Positions 54,951-63,472 of a stretch of DNA of 64,000 nucleotides are shown here, in pieces. This stretch comes from an uncultured Bacilli bacterium (GTDB taxonomy: Bacteria > Bacillota_I > Bacilli_A > RF39 > UBA660), in contig CANQKO010000003.1 of assembly GCA_947624505.1 (NCBI GenBank), positions 7,835-71,834 on the forward strand, read 5' to 3'. How positions within the stretch are numbered: position 1 is the first letter of the stretch; the number at the start of each line of letters is the position of its first letter. Under the pieces are notes generated by a model. It was not told the DNA's origin. It made no database searches and worked only from the letters and a program-made list of their open reading frames with translations. Position numbers and translations under genes: made by a program.

Positions 54951-56060
54951 TTAATTATGTCTTTTATATTTTGCTAAAATTCTTTTCGTATTATTACTTA
55001 AATTACCTGAAATCGGTTTATAAGTATCATTAATATCTTCCCCTAAAGGATTTAATTCTTGATAAAATTCTCCAGAAACACCATCGATTTCACTTAAATA
55101 ATTGTAAGATAAGCATAAAGGATTAGCTTGTCTTATTTTGGGATGCGATATAATACTTAATAAATCATCATTAGATTTATCATAATATACTTGATCAAAA
55201 GTAGTAATATCTTTATAAACATCAGCATATTTACTATCTAATATTTTGGCAATTATTTCATCTTCACTTAAGTTAAATAAATCATCTGAGCAAATAATAC
55301 CTATATCTTCATAATAATTTAAAGTCATTCCCAAAACTTCCATCATAAAACGACTTTCTTTTGATAGAAGAATCTTGCTATAAACATTAATTGCTTTGAA
55401 AAAATCTTCGTAAAAAGGCCCTTCCAATGCTTCACTAATTACTAATTCGCCATCAAATTTTAAACATCTTTCACTGGAAGTATCGATACTTATGCCTTTT
55501 AAATTTTCTAAATAACCTACCATATAATAAAGACCCTCAATTTCTTCAAAAGTATGGGTATGTTGCCAAATTAGGCAGGTTGTAAGAATTCCATCTAAGC
55601 GATCTAAACATAGAGTAGGAATCGGTTTATCAATTATATTGTATTTAGCAGGGTCTATAACATCATCAATTAAAATTCCATCTTCATTTAAATAGGTTAA
55701 TAATTCATCATCTTGCATTAAAATTTTTTTAATATCAAGTTCATCATTTTCTTGAGTTTGGGCATCTCCCTTTTTAAAAGAATTAACGTGAGAAAATGAA
55801 AGAGTTCCAACATCGTGAAAAGCTCCGGCTAAAGCTACTTTTAAATCATTAGATAACTTATAAGCTGTATAAGCAACACTTTTAGAATGATCAAAACGGG
55901 AATAATATTCAATTGGTTTTAACTTAAGAATATTAACAAAATCCATTCCACAAAACATCCCTCGTCCTTTAAGTCTTTGCAAAGTCTTGGTATTAAAATA
56001 TCTATCTAATAAATTAGTACTATTTTCTTTGTTTAATTTTTCATATTGTTCTGTTAGCAT
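54951..56060 (-). CDS. HD-domain phosphohydrolase family protein
   Basis: RFDHSKSV...AGAFHDVGTLSFSH (H...HD signature). 369 aa. Confidence 0.7.
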   Translation of the reverse strand: MLTEQYEKLNKENSTNLLDRYFNTKTLQRLKGRGMFCGMDFVNILKLKPIEYYSRFDHSKSVAYTAYKLSNDLKVALAGAFHDVGTLSFSHVNSFKKGDAQTQENDELDIKKILMQDDELLTYLNEDGILIDDVIDPAKYNIIDKPIPTLCLDRLDGILTTCLIWQHTHTFEEIEGLYYMVGYLENLKGISIDTSSERCLKFDGELVISEALEGPFYEDFFKAINVYSKILLSKESRFMMEVLGMTLNYYEDIGIICSDDLFNLSEDEIIAKILDSKYADVYKDITTFDQVYYDKSNDDLLSIISHPKIRQANPLCLSYNYLSEIDGVSGEFYQELNPLGEDINDTYKPISGNLSNNTKRILAKYKRHN

Positions 56061-56114
56061 AATGTTGTCTCCTTAAAGCTTTATTATAGCAGAACTTTTT
56101 CATAAATAAAATAA

Positions 56115-56855
56115 TTAATTATCATCTTCTAAAAAGTATTTAGCCATCTTTTCATAATTATCTTGACTATTTAAACAGGTGTCTATTAAATAACCTTTAT
56201 TCCCATTTAGTTGATATTCTTTAATACCTCTTATATAAAAATCTTTATTTCTATCTTCAATAAAAAATGGCATTATATTATTAAATAAGCATTCTCTAAA
56301 CATAATCATTCTGCCAATTCGACCATTTCCATCTTGAAAAGGATGAATACACTCAAAACGAACGTGAAACTCTATTATATCTTCAAGACTCTTATGAGAA
56401 ATTTTATTATACCAGTCAAATAAATTCTTAATATCCTTACAAACATCTTTAGGAAGTGATGTAGTAATATTGCCAACAAAATTTTTTTTACTTTTATATT
56501 CACCAACATTAAACCATTCTTTTTCACTATCATTTAATGTACCATCCTTTAATATAAAATGAAATTTTTTTATCATATCTTCGGTAATTTTATCATCAAT
56601 TGTATCAAGCATATATTTAAATAGAGTAAAGTGATTTTTTATTTCAGTTGCGTCTTTTAAAACAATAACTTTATCATTAGTTACTAAAATAGTGCCCGTA
56701 TCATAAATACTAGCTGTTTCATCCGGTGTAATAGTTGATCCTTCGATATAATTAGAACTATAAGCAAAATCTAATTGTGTTTTATGATAAAGGGTTCCTT
56801 TTAAATTTATATTTTTTTGATAAGTAAGAGCCTTTTTAATTTTACTTATTTCCAT
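56115..56855 (-). CDS. Fic-family protein (class II-like, with N-terminal inhibitory motif)
   Basis: Fic motif HPFQDGNGRIGR. The upstream SNYIEG fits the (S/T)xxxE(G/N) auto-inhibitory helix motif. Confidence 0.85.
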   Translation of the reverse strand: MEISKIKKALTYQKNINLKGTLYHKTQLDFAYSSNYIEGSTITPDETASIYDTGTILVTNDKVIVLKDATEIKNHFTLFKYMLDTIDDKITEDMIKKFHFILKDGTLNDSEKEWFNVGEYKSKKNFVGNITTSLPKDVCKDIKNLFDWYNKISHKSLEDIIEFHVRFECIHPFQDGNGRIGRMIMFRECLFNNIMPFFIEDRNKDFYIRGIKEYQLNGNKGYLIDTCLNSQDNYEKMAKYFLEDDN

Positions 56856-56940
56856 TTTATCATCCCATCTATCTAATAATGTAAATTATTTAAATAAATT
56901 ATAGCATAATTTTTATTAGTAAATAATTAACGAATAACAA

Positions 56941-56966
56941 TAAAAAACTTAGGCTAAAACCTAAGT
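56941..56966 (-). terminator. intrinsic terminator downstream of tRNA-Arg
   Basis: On the minus strand: ACTTAGG-TTTTAG-CCTAAGT followed by TTTTTTA. Confidence 0.75.
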
Positions 56967-56976
56967 AATTTTTAAA

Positions 56977-57053
56977 TGGTGTCTCCGAGGCGATTCGAAC
57001 GCCTGACCGATCGCTTAGAAGGCGATTGCTCTATCCAGCTGAGCTACGGGGAC
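56977..57053 (-). tRNA. tRNA-Arg (anticodon UCU), CCA encoded
   Basis: Minus-strand cloverleaf folded by hand: GTCCCCG-TA-GCTC-AGCTGGATA-GAGC-A-ATCGC-CTTCTAA-GCGAT-CGGTC-AGGCG-TTCGAAT-CGCCT-CGGAGAC-A-CCA (77 nt). Confidence 0.9.
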
Positions 57054-57138
57054 AGCTCTTTAAAACATTTAAATTATATAACATAATTTTAATATTTTCA
57101 AGTATAGTATCGCCATTATAAGCATAAAAATACCTTTT

Positions 57139-58068
57139 TTAGATAAAAAAGGCATCAATTAAGTTATCATCAACATAAAAAATGGTTTCATAAATGTCAT
57201 AAGTATCTCTAATTGATAGAGCAATTGCATATTTGACTTCTTCAATAATACTATTATCATCTAAACTTAAAACAGCATTATTAAAACTTAAGTTAATAGA
57301 ATTTTCTAATATTTCATATTTTTGTAATTTAGTCGAAGCTTCTAAATAGCTGACTAAATTAGTATTAAAAGTTGGTGATGATTTTAGTTTTTCAATAATT
57401 ACTTCAACTTTTTCTTTCTTTGTATTAGTTATTGTGGTTACAGGGGTATAATAATTATAGCCATCAGCTTTACTAACATAATAAGTAGTAACTTTAGAAA
57501 TATCTTTCATACTATTTAAGTCATATACTTTATTTATTCCTAAACTTCGATCAAGTGTATTAGGAAGAATTTTTTTACTATTTGGTAATTCTTTTAAAAG
57601 TTCACCTTCAACAAAGATCATTACTTTTTTAATATCTTTTATTTCTGTTAAAGAATATATTATAGCTTCGATCATTTTTTCTTCGTTTTCCTTACTAACT
57701 TGTAATAATTCTTTAGTAAAATTAATTTTAAGTAAGCCATCATTTAAATCTTTAGATATTATTTTAGTTTTTTCAGGAATAACTTTTTTAAAATTATTGG
57801 GAATATAATTATTTTCACTATCAATGGTTAAATTACTAATTACTTCATCAACTAAATCTAAGGAATCTTTACCTTTTTTAATAACTTCAAAGCGTGATAC
57901 TAAATTATTATTGTCAACTAAATATATAGGTATTGTTTCTAATTCATTATAAGTTAAAGTTGTATCTATATTTAATTTATCATTTCTTGGAAAAAAATAA
58001 ATTATTAGTAAAAAGAGAAATGATAAAGATATAATCATCATTTTTTTAAAAGCCAAGCGTTTGAGCAT
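57139..58068 (-). CDS. membrane-anchored protein with GerM-like domains
   Basis: N-terminal anchor. Two segments fit the GerM pattern (…DGLLKINFTKELL…EEKMIEAIIYSLTEIKDIKKVMIFVEGE). The assignment is by eye only. Confidence 0.45.
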   Translation of the reverse strand: MLKRLAFKKMMIISLSFLFLLIIYFFPRNDKLNIDTTLTYNELETIPIYLVDNNNLVSRFEVIKKGKDSLDLVDEVISNLTIDSENNYIPNNFKKVIPEKTKIISKDLNDGLLKINFTKELLQVSKENEEKMIEAIIYSLTEIKDIKKVMIFVEGELLKELPNSKKILPNTLDRSLGINKVYDLNSMKDISKVTTYYVSKADGYNYYTPVTTITNTKKEKVEVIIEKLKSSPTFNTNLVSYLEASTKLQKYEILENSINLSFNNAVLSLDDNSIIEEVKYAIALSIRDTYDIYETIFYVDDNLIDAFFI

Positions 58069-58118
58069 TTCATCACCTTAATTAATTATATTAAAAAAGG
58101 AAATGATTATTCATTTCC

Positions 58119-58325
58119 CTAGATTTTTAATTCACCTAATTTTAATAATTCAACAACAGCTTGAGCTCTTGATTTAACCCCTAGTTTTTGCATAGTATTA
58201 GATATGTGATTTCTGACGGTTTTTTCACTTATACCTAAAAACTCAGCAATTTCTTTTGTAGTTTTATTAAGGACGAGTAATTCAAAAACTTCTTGTTCTC
58301 TTGCTGTTAAAATTCCTTTAGTCAT
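58119..58325 (-). CDS. LuxR/GerE-type stand-alone HTH transcription regulator
   Basis: 68 aa. LTAREQEVFELLVLNKTTKEIAEFLGISEKTVRNHISNTMQKLGV is a complete GerE/LuxR C-terminal-type HTH. Confidence 0.85.
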   Translation of the reverse strand: MTKGILTAREQEVFELLVLNKTTKEIAEFLGISEKTVRNHISNTMQKLGVKSRAQAVVELLKLGELKI

Positions 58326-58383
58326 TATACCTTCCTTTCAATCATAGTATTTTATGAGTTAAAGAGAAGTTTTGTGTAATACA

Positions 58384-58824
58384 CTAAAGGTAATTTTGAT
58401 CAACTTTACCTAAAAGATAATCCATTGATGTATTAAATCTTTTAGCAATATCATATAAATATAGTGTTGGGATACGATATTTACCACTTTCATATCCCGT
58501 CCAAGTACTCCGATTAATATTTAATATTTTAGCTATATCATTTTGAGTTAGATTATATTTTTTTCTTAATTCTTTAATGCGAATTTTAAATAATTGTCTA
58601 CTAGTTTCTTTTCTACTATTTTTATATTCAAAAATATCTGTAAGAGAAAAACAGTAATCAATGGACATATTAAAATCATTACATATAATATTTATATATT
58701 TTAGGGGCATTATATCACGCATTGTCTCATAAGATGAATAAGTTGAGCGGTCGATATGAAGTAGGAGAGCAATATCTTTTTGGCTTAGATTTTTTTCTTC
58801 TCTAATTTTCTTTATACGTTCCAT
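58384..58824 (-). CDS. XRE-family regulator with two tandem HTH domains
   Basis: Two HTH_3 units (LSQKDIALLLHIDRSTYSSYE; LTQNDIAKILNINRSTWTGYE). 146 aa. Confidence 0.8.
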   Translation of the reverse strand: MERIKKIREEKNLSQKDIALLLHIDRSTYSSYETMRDIMPLKYINIICNDFNMSIDYCFSLTDIFEYKNSRKETSRQLFKIRIKELRKKYNLTQNDIAKILNINRSTWTGYESGKYRIPTLYLYDIAKRFNTSMDYLLGKVDQNYL

Positions 58825-58938
58825 TTATGTCCATCCTTTGCTTGTTATTATAAATGTTTACTAATAATGTTGATAAAATTGTGTATAAATTCAGACATTT
58901 TTATTGAAAGTGATGGTTCTATATGTTATACTTAATTT

Positions 58939-59060
58939 GTTAAACTTTTGAAAAAAAGTTTAATGAATATTCTTTTTAAGTCAGATGTTAAAGACATTAA
59001 AACATACCACTGAAGACTTAGTAATAGTCTTAAAAAGAGGCCTTGGCCTTTTTCTTTTTT
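58939..59060 (+). ncRNA. candidate small structured transcript (unknown family)
   Basis: Upstream promoter TTGAAA(58904-58909)-17 nt-TATACT(58927-58932). Hairpins at 58940-58963 (perfect 10 bp), ~59012-59034 (AAGACT/AGTCTT) and a terminator-like AAAGAGG-CCTTGG-CCTTTTT followed by a T-run (59034-59060). No ORF. rlmN appears to have its own promoter downstream. Confidence 0.3.
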
Positions 59061-59108
59061 ATTTAATAAAATAGTTACAAATAAGAATATTTATAGTAAA
59101 ATAGAGAT

Positions 59109-60119
59109 ATGAAGAATTTATTTGGTTTAAAACTTAATGATTTAGAAGAATACTTTATTAGTATTAATGAGAAAAAATATAAAGCTTCTCAAGTTTTTGA
59201 ATGGTTATATCATCATCGAATATATAATATAGATGATTTTACCAATATTAAAATTGATTTAAGAGAAAAATTAAAAAGTGTTTTTACTACGGAAATGATT
59301 AAAATAAAAAAATTTGAAGAAGGAATAGATGTTAAAAAATATTTATTTGAACTTTTAGATGGCAATTATGTTGAAGGAGTTTTAATGCATCACGATTACG
59401 GCTACTCATTATGTGTATCTAGTGAAGTAGGTTGTAATATGGGCTGTAAGTTTTGTGAAAGTGGAAGACTTAAAAAAGTAAGAAACTTAGAAGCCTATGA
59501 AATGGTTGAACAAATAATATTAATTGAAGATCAAGAAAAAATTAGAATTGACCGTGTTGTTGTTATGGGAATTGGTGAACCTTTTGATAATTATGATAAT
59601 GTAGTTGATTTTATTAAAATAATTAATGAACCAAAGGGCTTAGCTTTAGGAGCCAGACATATTACTGTATCGACCTGTGGTATTGTGCCTAAAATTTTAG
59701 AATTTGCTAATCTTAATTTACAAGTTAATTTAGCTCTTTCTTTGCACGCGCCGAATGATGAAATAAGAAATAAGATAATGCCTATTAATAAAGTGTATAA
59801 TATAAGTCAAACACTTAATGCGATCAACAAATATTTAGAAAAAAATAATAGACGAGTTACTATTGAATATGTTATGATTAATATGGTTAATGATAGTGAT
59901 GATAATGCTTATGAATTAGCTAGTATTTTAAAAGGAATGAATGTTTATGTTAATTTAATTCCTTATAATGAAACAAATAATTTAGGATTTAAAAAAAGTA
60001 AAAGAATAAATGAGTTTAAGAATATATTATTAAAATGTGGCATAAACACTACAGTAAGAAGAGAATTTGGTGGTAGTATTAGTGGAGCATGTGGACAACT
60101 AAGAAGTAAAGAGGTGTAA
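59109..60119 (+). CDS. rlmN: 23S rRNA/tRNA adenine-C2 methyltransferase RlmN (radical SAM)
   Basis: Radical-SAM cluster motif CNMGCKFC, C-terminal GACGQL, conserved position upstream of prpC-prkC. Confidence 0.9.
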   Translation: MKNLFGLKLNDLEEYFISINEKKYKASQVFEWLYHHRIYNIDDFTNIKIDLREKLKSVFTTEMIKIKKFEEGIDVKKYLFELLDGNYVEGVLMHHDYGYSLCVSSEVGCNMGCKFCESGRLKKVRNLEAYEMVEQIILIEDQEKIRIDRVVVMGIGEPFDNYDNVVDFIKIINEPKGLALGARHITVSTCGIVPKILEFANLNLQVNLALSLHAPNDEIRNKIMPINKVYNISQTLNAINKYLEKNNRRVTIEYVMINMVNDSDDNAYELASILKGMNVYVNLIPYNETNNLGFKKSKRINEFKNILLKCGINTTVRREFGGSISGACGQLRSKEV

Positions 60120-60122
60120 TTT

Positions 60123-60866
60123 ATGAAAGCATATTATATGACTGATTCAGGAAGAGTTAGAAGTCATAATGAAGATAGTGTAACAATTTTAAAAAATGCA
60201 AGTGATGAATATTTATTAGTTGTGGCTGATGGTATGGGAGGACACAGAAAAGGGGAAGTTGCCTCAAGTATTGTGGTATCACATTTAGGGAAAAGATTTA
60301 ATGAGACTCCTAGTATGGGTAGTAAACTTGATGCTATAAATTGGTTAAATGATAATATTAATGAAATAAATAGTTTAATTTTAACTTATGGAGAAGAAAA
60401 TGAAGACTCTAAGGGGTTAGGAACAACTGTTGTCGTGGCACTGTATACTAAATCTTATTTAATTTTTGGTAATATTGGTGATTCATCAGGATTTGTAATG
60501 AAAAAAGGAAAGATTCATAAAGTAACTAAAGATCATACTTTAGTTAATTTACTTGTTGATGCTGGTAACTTAACTCAAGATGAAGCAATGACCCATCCGA
60601 AGAAAAATGTTTTAATGCGCGCTTTGGGAGCCGCGGAAAAAGCTGATGCAGATATTTTTGAAGTTATTGATATGGAAGAAATTGATGCTGTTATGTTATG
60701 TAGTGATGGGCTTACCAATATGCTTACCCAAGAACAAATTGAAAAAGTTTTAAATGATGATGAACTTGAAGAAGATGAAAAAATAGAACAATTAATTAGA
60801 AAATGCAATGCCAGGGGTGGGACGGATAATATTTCTATTGCTTATTTAACTAAGGTTGGTGATTAG
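60123..60866 (+). CDS. prpC: PP2C-family Ser/Thr phosphatase
   Basis: RSHNEDS, VADGMGGH, DGLT and GGTDNIS motifs. 247 aa. Confidence 0.9.
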   Translation: MKAYYMTDSGRVRSHNEDSVTILKNASDEYLLVVADGMGGHRKGEVASSIVVSHLGKRFNETPSMGSKLDAINWLNDNINEINSLILTYGEENEDSKGLGTTVVVALYTKSYLIFGNIGDSSGFVMKKGKIHKVTKDHTLVNLLVDAGNLTQDEAMTHPKKNVLMRALGAAEKADADIFEVIDMEEIDAVMLCSDGLTNMLTQEQIEKVLNDDELEEDEKIEQLIRKCNARGGTDNISIAYLTKVGD

Positions 60867-60867
60867 T

Positions 60868-62646
60868 ATGGTAATGAAAGGGCAAAAAATTAGTGATCGA
60901 TATCAAGTAATAAAAAGTATTGGTGAAGGTGGAATGGCTAATGTCTATCTTGCCTATGATACTATTCTTGATCGTAATGTGGCAGTTAAAGTTTTAAGAG
61001 GCGATTTAGCTAATGATGAGAAGTTTGTACGTCGTTTTCAAAGAGAAGCTTTAGCGGCTTCCAGTTTATCAAATCCTAATATTGTTGAGGTTTATGATGT
61101 TGGAGAAGATAATGGTGAATACTATATTGTAATGGAATATATTGAAGGAAAGCATTTAAAACAATTAATTAAAAAAAGAGGTAAATTAACAGTTTCTGAA
61201 GCTGTTGATATTGTTATGCAAATAACAGAAGGTTTATCGGTTGCTCACGATTCTTATATTATTCATAGAGATATTAAACCACAAAATATAATGATTTTAG
61301 AAAATGGTTTAGTTAAGATAACGGATTTTGGAATTGCAATGGCAATGAATTCAACCCAACTTACCCAAACTAATTCTGTAATGGGTAGTGTTCATTATTT
61401 ACCGCCAGAACAAGCTAGTGGTAAGGGGGCAACTTTACAAAGTGATATATACTCAATTGGGATTCTATTTTATGAACTTCTTACGGGTAAATTACCTTTT
61501 AAAGGTGAAAATGCAGTAGAGATAGCACTAAAACATTTAAAAGAACCACTTCCGAGTATTAGAGATGAACTACCTAATATTCCCCAAAGTGTTGAAAATA
61601 TTATTATTAAAGCTACCGCTAAAAATCCAAAGAACCGTTATAATGATGCAAGAGAAATGCATGAAGATTTAGCTACTTGCTTAGATCCAATTAGAAAAGA
61701 TGAAGAAAAAATTAAATTAAAATATCCGGAAGTAACTGATGATACAAAAGTAATTAAACAAGTAAAAGATGATGTTAAAAAGAATAAAGAAAGTAAAAAT
61801 ACCGATACTAAAGAAGAAGTAATTGCTAAAAAGATTACTAGTAAAGAAGTGAGTGATGAAGTGAAAAAACAAAATAAAACATTAATAAAATTAGCCTCTA
61901 TTTTTACTGGCTTAGTAATTGTCGTTACTCTTGTTTTTGCAATAATTATGTTATTTAGTACTACGGCTGATAAAATTGTTCCTGATGTTTCTAATAAATC
62001 AGTAACAGAGGCAATTAGTATTTTACAAGATGCTGGTTTTACGATTGCTAGTGAACAAGAAGGGATTTCTTCAAAAGATATCGAAGTAGGAAGAGTAGTT
62101 AGAACATCTCCTTATGCTGGTACTAAGAAAAAGAAGGGGGCTGAAGTTAAACTTTATATTTCAACAGGTGATGAAACTATAATTTTAGAAGATTATACTG
62201 GTAAGGATTATCGAGAAGTAAAAGGATCACTTGAAGCAAGAGGTTTAACTGTTAATATTGAAAGTGAAATAATTGATGATGATAGTAAATTTAAAGAAAA
62301 TCAAATTGTAAGACAATCAGTCAAAGAAGGAGAAAGTCTTAAAAAAGGTTCTAGTATAACTTTATATTATGCCATCGTTGGTGTTACATATCCTGACTTT
62401 ACTGATGGTAGTTTTACAATTAGTGATGTTGAAGATTTCTGTACTAGCAATAAAATTAACTTAGAGATAGTTAGAACAGAAAGTGCGGAAAACTTAGATG
62501 GCACTATTTATCGTCAAAGTCGTCCTGCAGGAGATACAGTAGCAACGGGAGCAACATTTAAAATTTGGGTTTATGTAAGTGCAAGTGAAGAAGATGATGA
62601 TGTGACACCACCAGAAGAAGATGAATGTACTGATGGATTATGCTAG
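60868..62646 (+). CDS. prkC: Ser/Thr protein kinase with transmembrane segment and three PASTA-like repeats
   Basis: Kinase motifs GEGGMANVY, AVKVL, HRDIKPQN, DFG and PPE. One TM segment (LIKLASIFTGLVIVVTLVFAIIML). Repeated PASTA units. ATG 60868 (the ORF track starts at TTG 60856). Confidence 0.92.
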   Translation: MVMKGQKISDRYQVIKSIGEGGMANVYLAYDTILDRNVAVKVLRGDLANDEKFVRRFQREALAASSLSNPNIVEVYDVGEDNGEYYIVMEYIEGKHLKQLIKKRGKLTVSEAVDIVMQITEGLSVAHDSYIIHRDIKPQNIMILENGLVKITDFGIAMAMNSTQLTQTNSVMGSVHYLPPEQASGKGATLQSDIYSIGILFYELLTGKLPFKGENAVEIALKHLKEPLPSIRDELPNIPQSVENIIIKATAKNPKNRYNDAREMHEDLATCLDPIRKDEEKIKLKYPEVTDDTKVIKQVKDDVKKNKESKNTDTKEEVIAKKITSKEVSDEVKKQNKTLIKLASIFTGLVIVVTLVFAIIMLFSTTADKIVPDVSNKSVTEAISILQDAGFTIASEQEGISSKDIEVGRVVRTSPYAGTKKKKGAEVKLYISTGDETIILEDYTGKDYREVKGSLEARGLTVNIESEIIDDDSKFKENQIVRQSVKEGESLKKGSSITLYYAIVGVTYPDFTDGSFTISDVEDFCTSNKINLEIVRTESAENLDGTIYRQSRPAGDTVATGATFKIWVYVSASEEDDDVTPPEEDECTDGLC

Positions 62647-63470
62647 ATAATGGTTTAATTATTAAAATTATTAGTGATACCTTTTTTGTTAATGTTAATG
62701 GAATTATCGTTGAATGCAAAGCTAGAGGTAAATTTCGTAATGTTAATTTAAAACCAGTGGTGGGGGATTATGTTAAAATAAATTTAGCTGAAAAAGTAAT
62801 CGAAAGCATTGAGCCAAGAAAAAATTTCTTAGATCGACCACTAGTAAGTAATATTGATATTGCTCTTATTGTCACAAGTGTAAAAGAACCTTTAATAAAT
62901 TTAACCCTTTTAGATAAGTTAATAAGCATAGTTACTATTAATAAAATAGAACCCATTATCGTTTTAACTAAATTAGATTTAATTACTAAAAGAGAATTAA
63001 AAGATTTAAAAGTTTTAATTAAATATTATCAAAAAATTGGTCTTAAAGTTTTTACTAATAAACAAATAACTAAATTAAAAAAAGCGTTAATTGGAAAAGT
63101 TGTAACTGTTTGTGGTCAAACGGGTGCTGGAAAAAGTACTTTAATCAATAAGTTTGATAAACGTTTGCATTTAGCCACGGATGAGATATCGACAAGTCTA
63201 GGAAGAGGCAAACATACAACAAGAATAGTGGAATTATTTAAAATAAAAAACTTTTATATTGTTGATACCCCAGGATTTTCTGCCATTATGATAAATAATT
63301 ATACTAAAGAAGAAATAAGTAATAGTTTTATTGAATTTCGTAATTTAGAATGTAAATTTAAAAATTGTTCACATGAAAAAGAAATGGGCTGTCAAGTTTT
63401 AGAAAGAGTAAATAGTGGGGAAATATTAAAATCAAGATATGATAATTATCTTAAGTTTATAAAGGAGTAG
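62640..63470 (+). CDS. rsgA: ribosome small-subunit-dependent GTPase A
   Basis: Circularly permuted GTPase motifs (LTKLDL; CGQTGAGKSTLIN; DTPGF) and a Zn-knuckle CKFKNCSHEKEMGC. Confidence 0.88.
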   Translation: MLDNGLIIKIISDTFFVNVNGIIVECKARGKFRNVNLKPVVGDYVKINLAEKVIESIEPRKNFLDRPLVSNIDIALIVTSVKEPLINLTLLDKLISIVTINKIEPIIVLTKLDLITKRELKDLKVLIKYYQKIGLKVFTNKQITKLKKALIGKVVTVCGQTGAGKSTLINKFDKRLHLATDEISTSLGRGKHTTRIVELFKIKNFYIVDTPGFSAIMINNYTKEEISNSFIEFRNLECKFKNCSHEKEMGCQVLERVNSGEILKSRYDNYLKFIKE

Positions 63471-63472
63471 TA

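Noticed and set aside
53918-57053. Integrated genomic island or prophage remnant at the 3' end of tRNA-Arg
   Set aside because: No integrase, recombinase or phage structural gene is present. I could not find a direct repeat of the tRNA 3' end. The neighbouring VanY-type, recU and ponA genes look like core cell-wall or repair genes.
60575-60808. 77-aa antisense ORF with a poly-Ser run inside the PP2C phosphatase gene
   Set aside because: The poly-Ser run is the antisense of the acidic DDELEEDEK stretch. It is not an independent gene.
62768-62956. 62-aa antisense ORF inside rsgA
   Set aside because: It is the antisense of a conserved GTPase gene.
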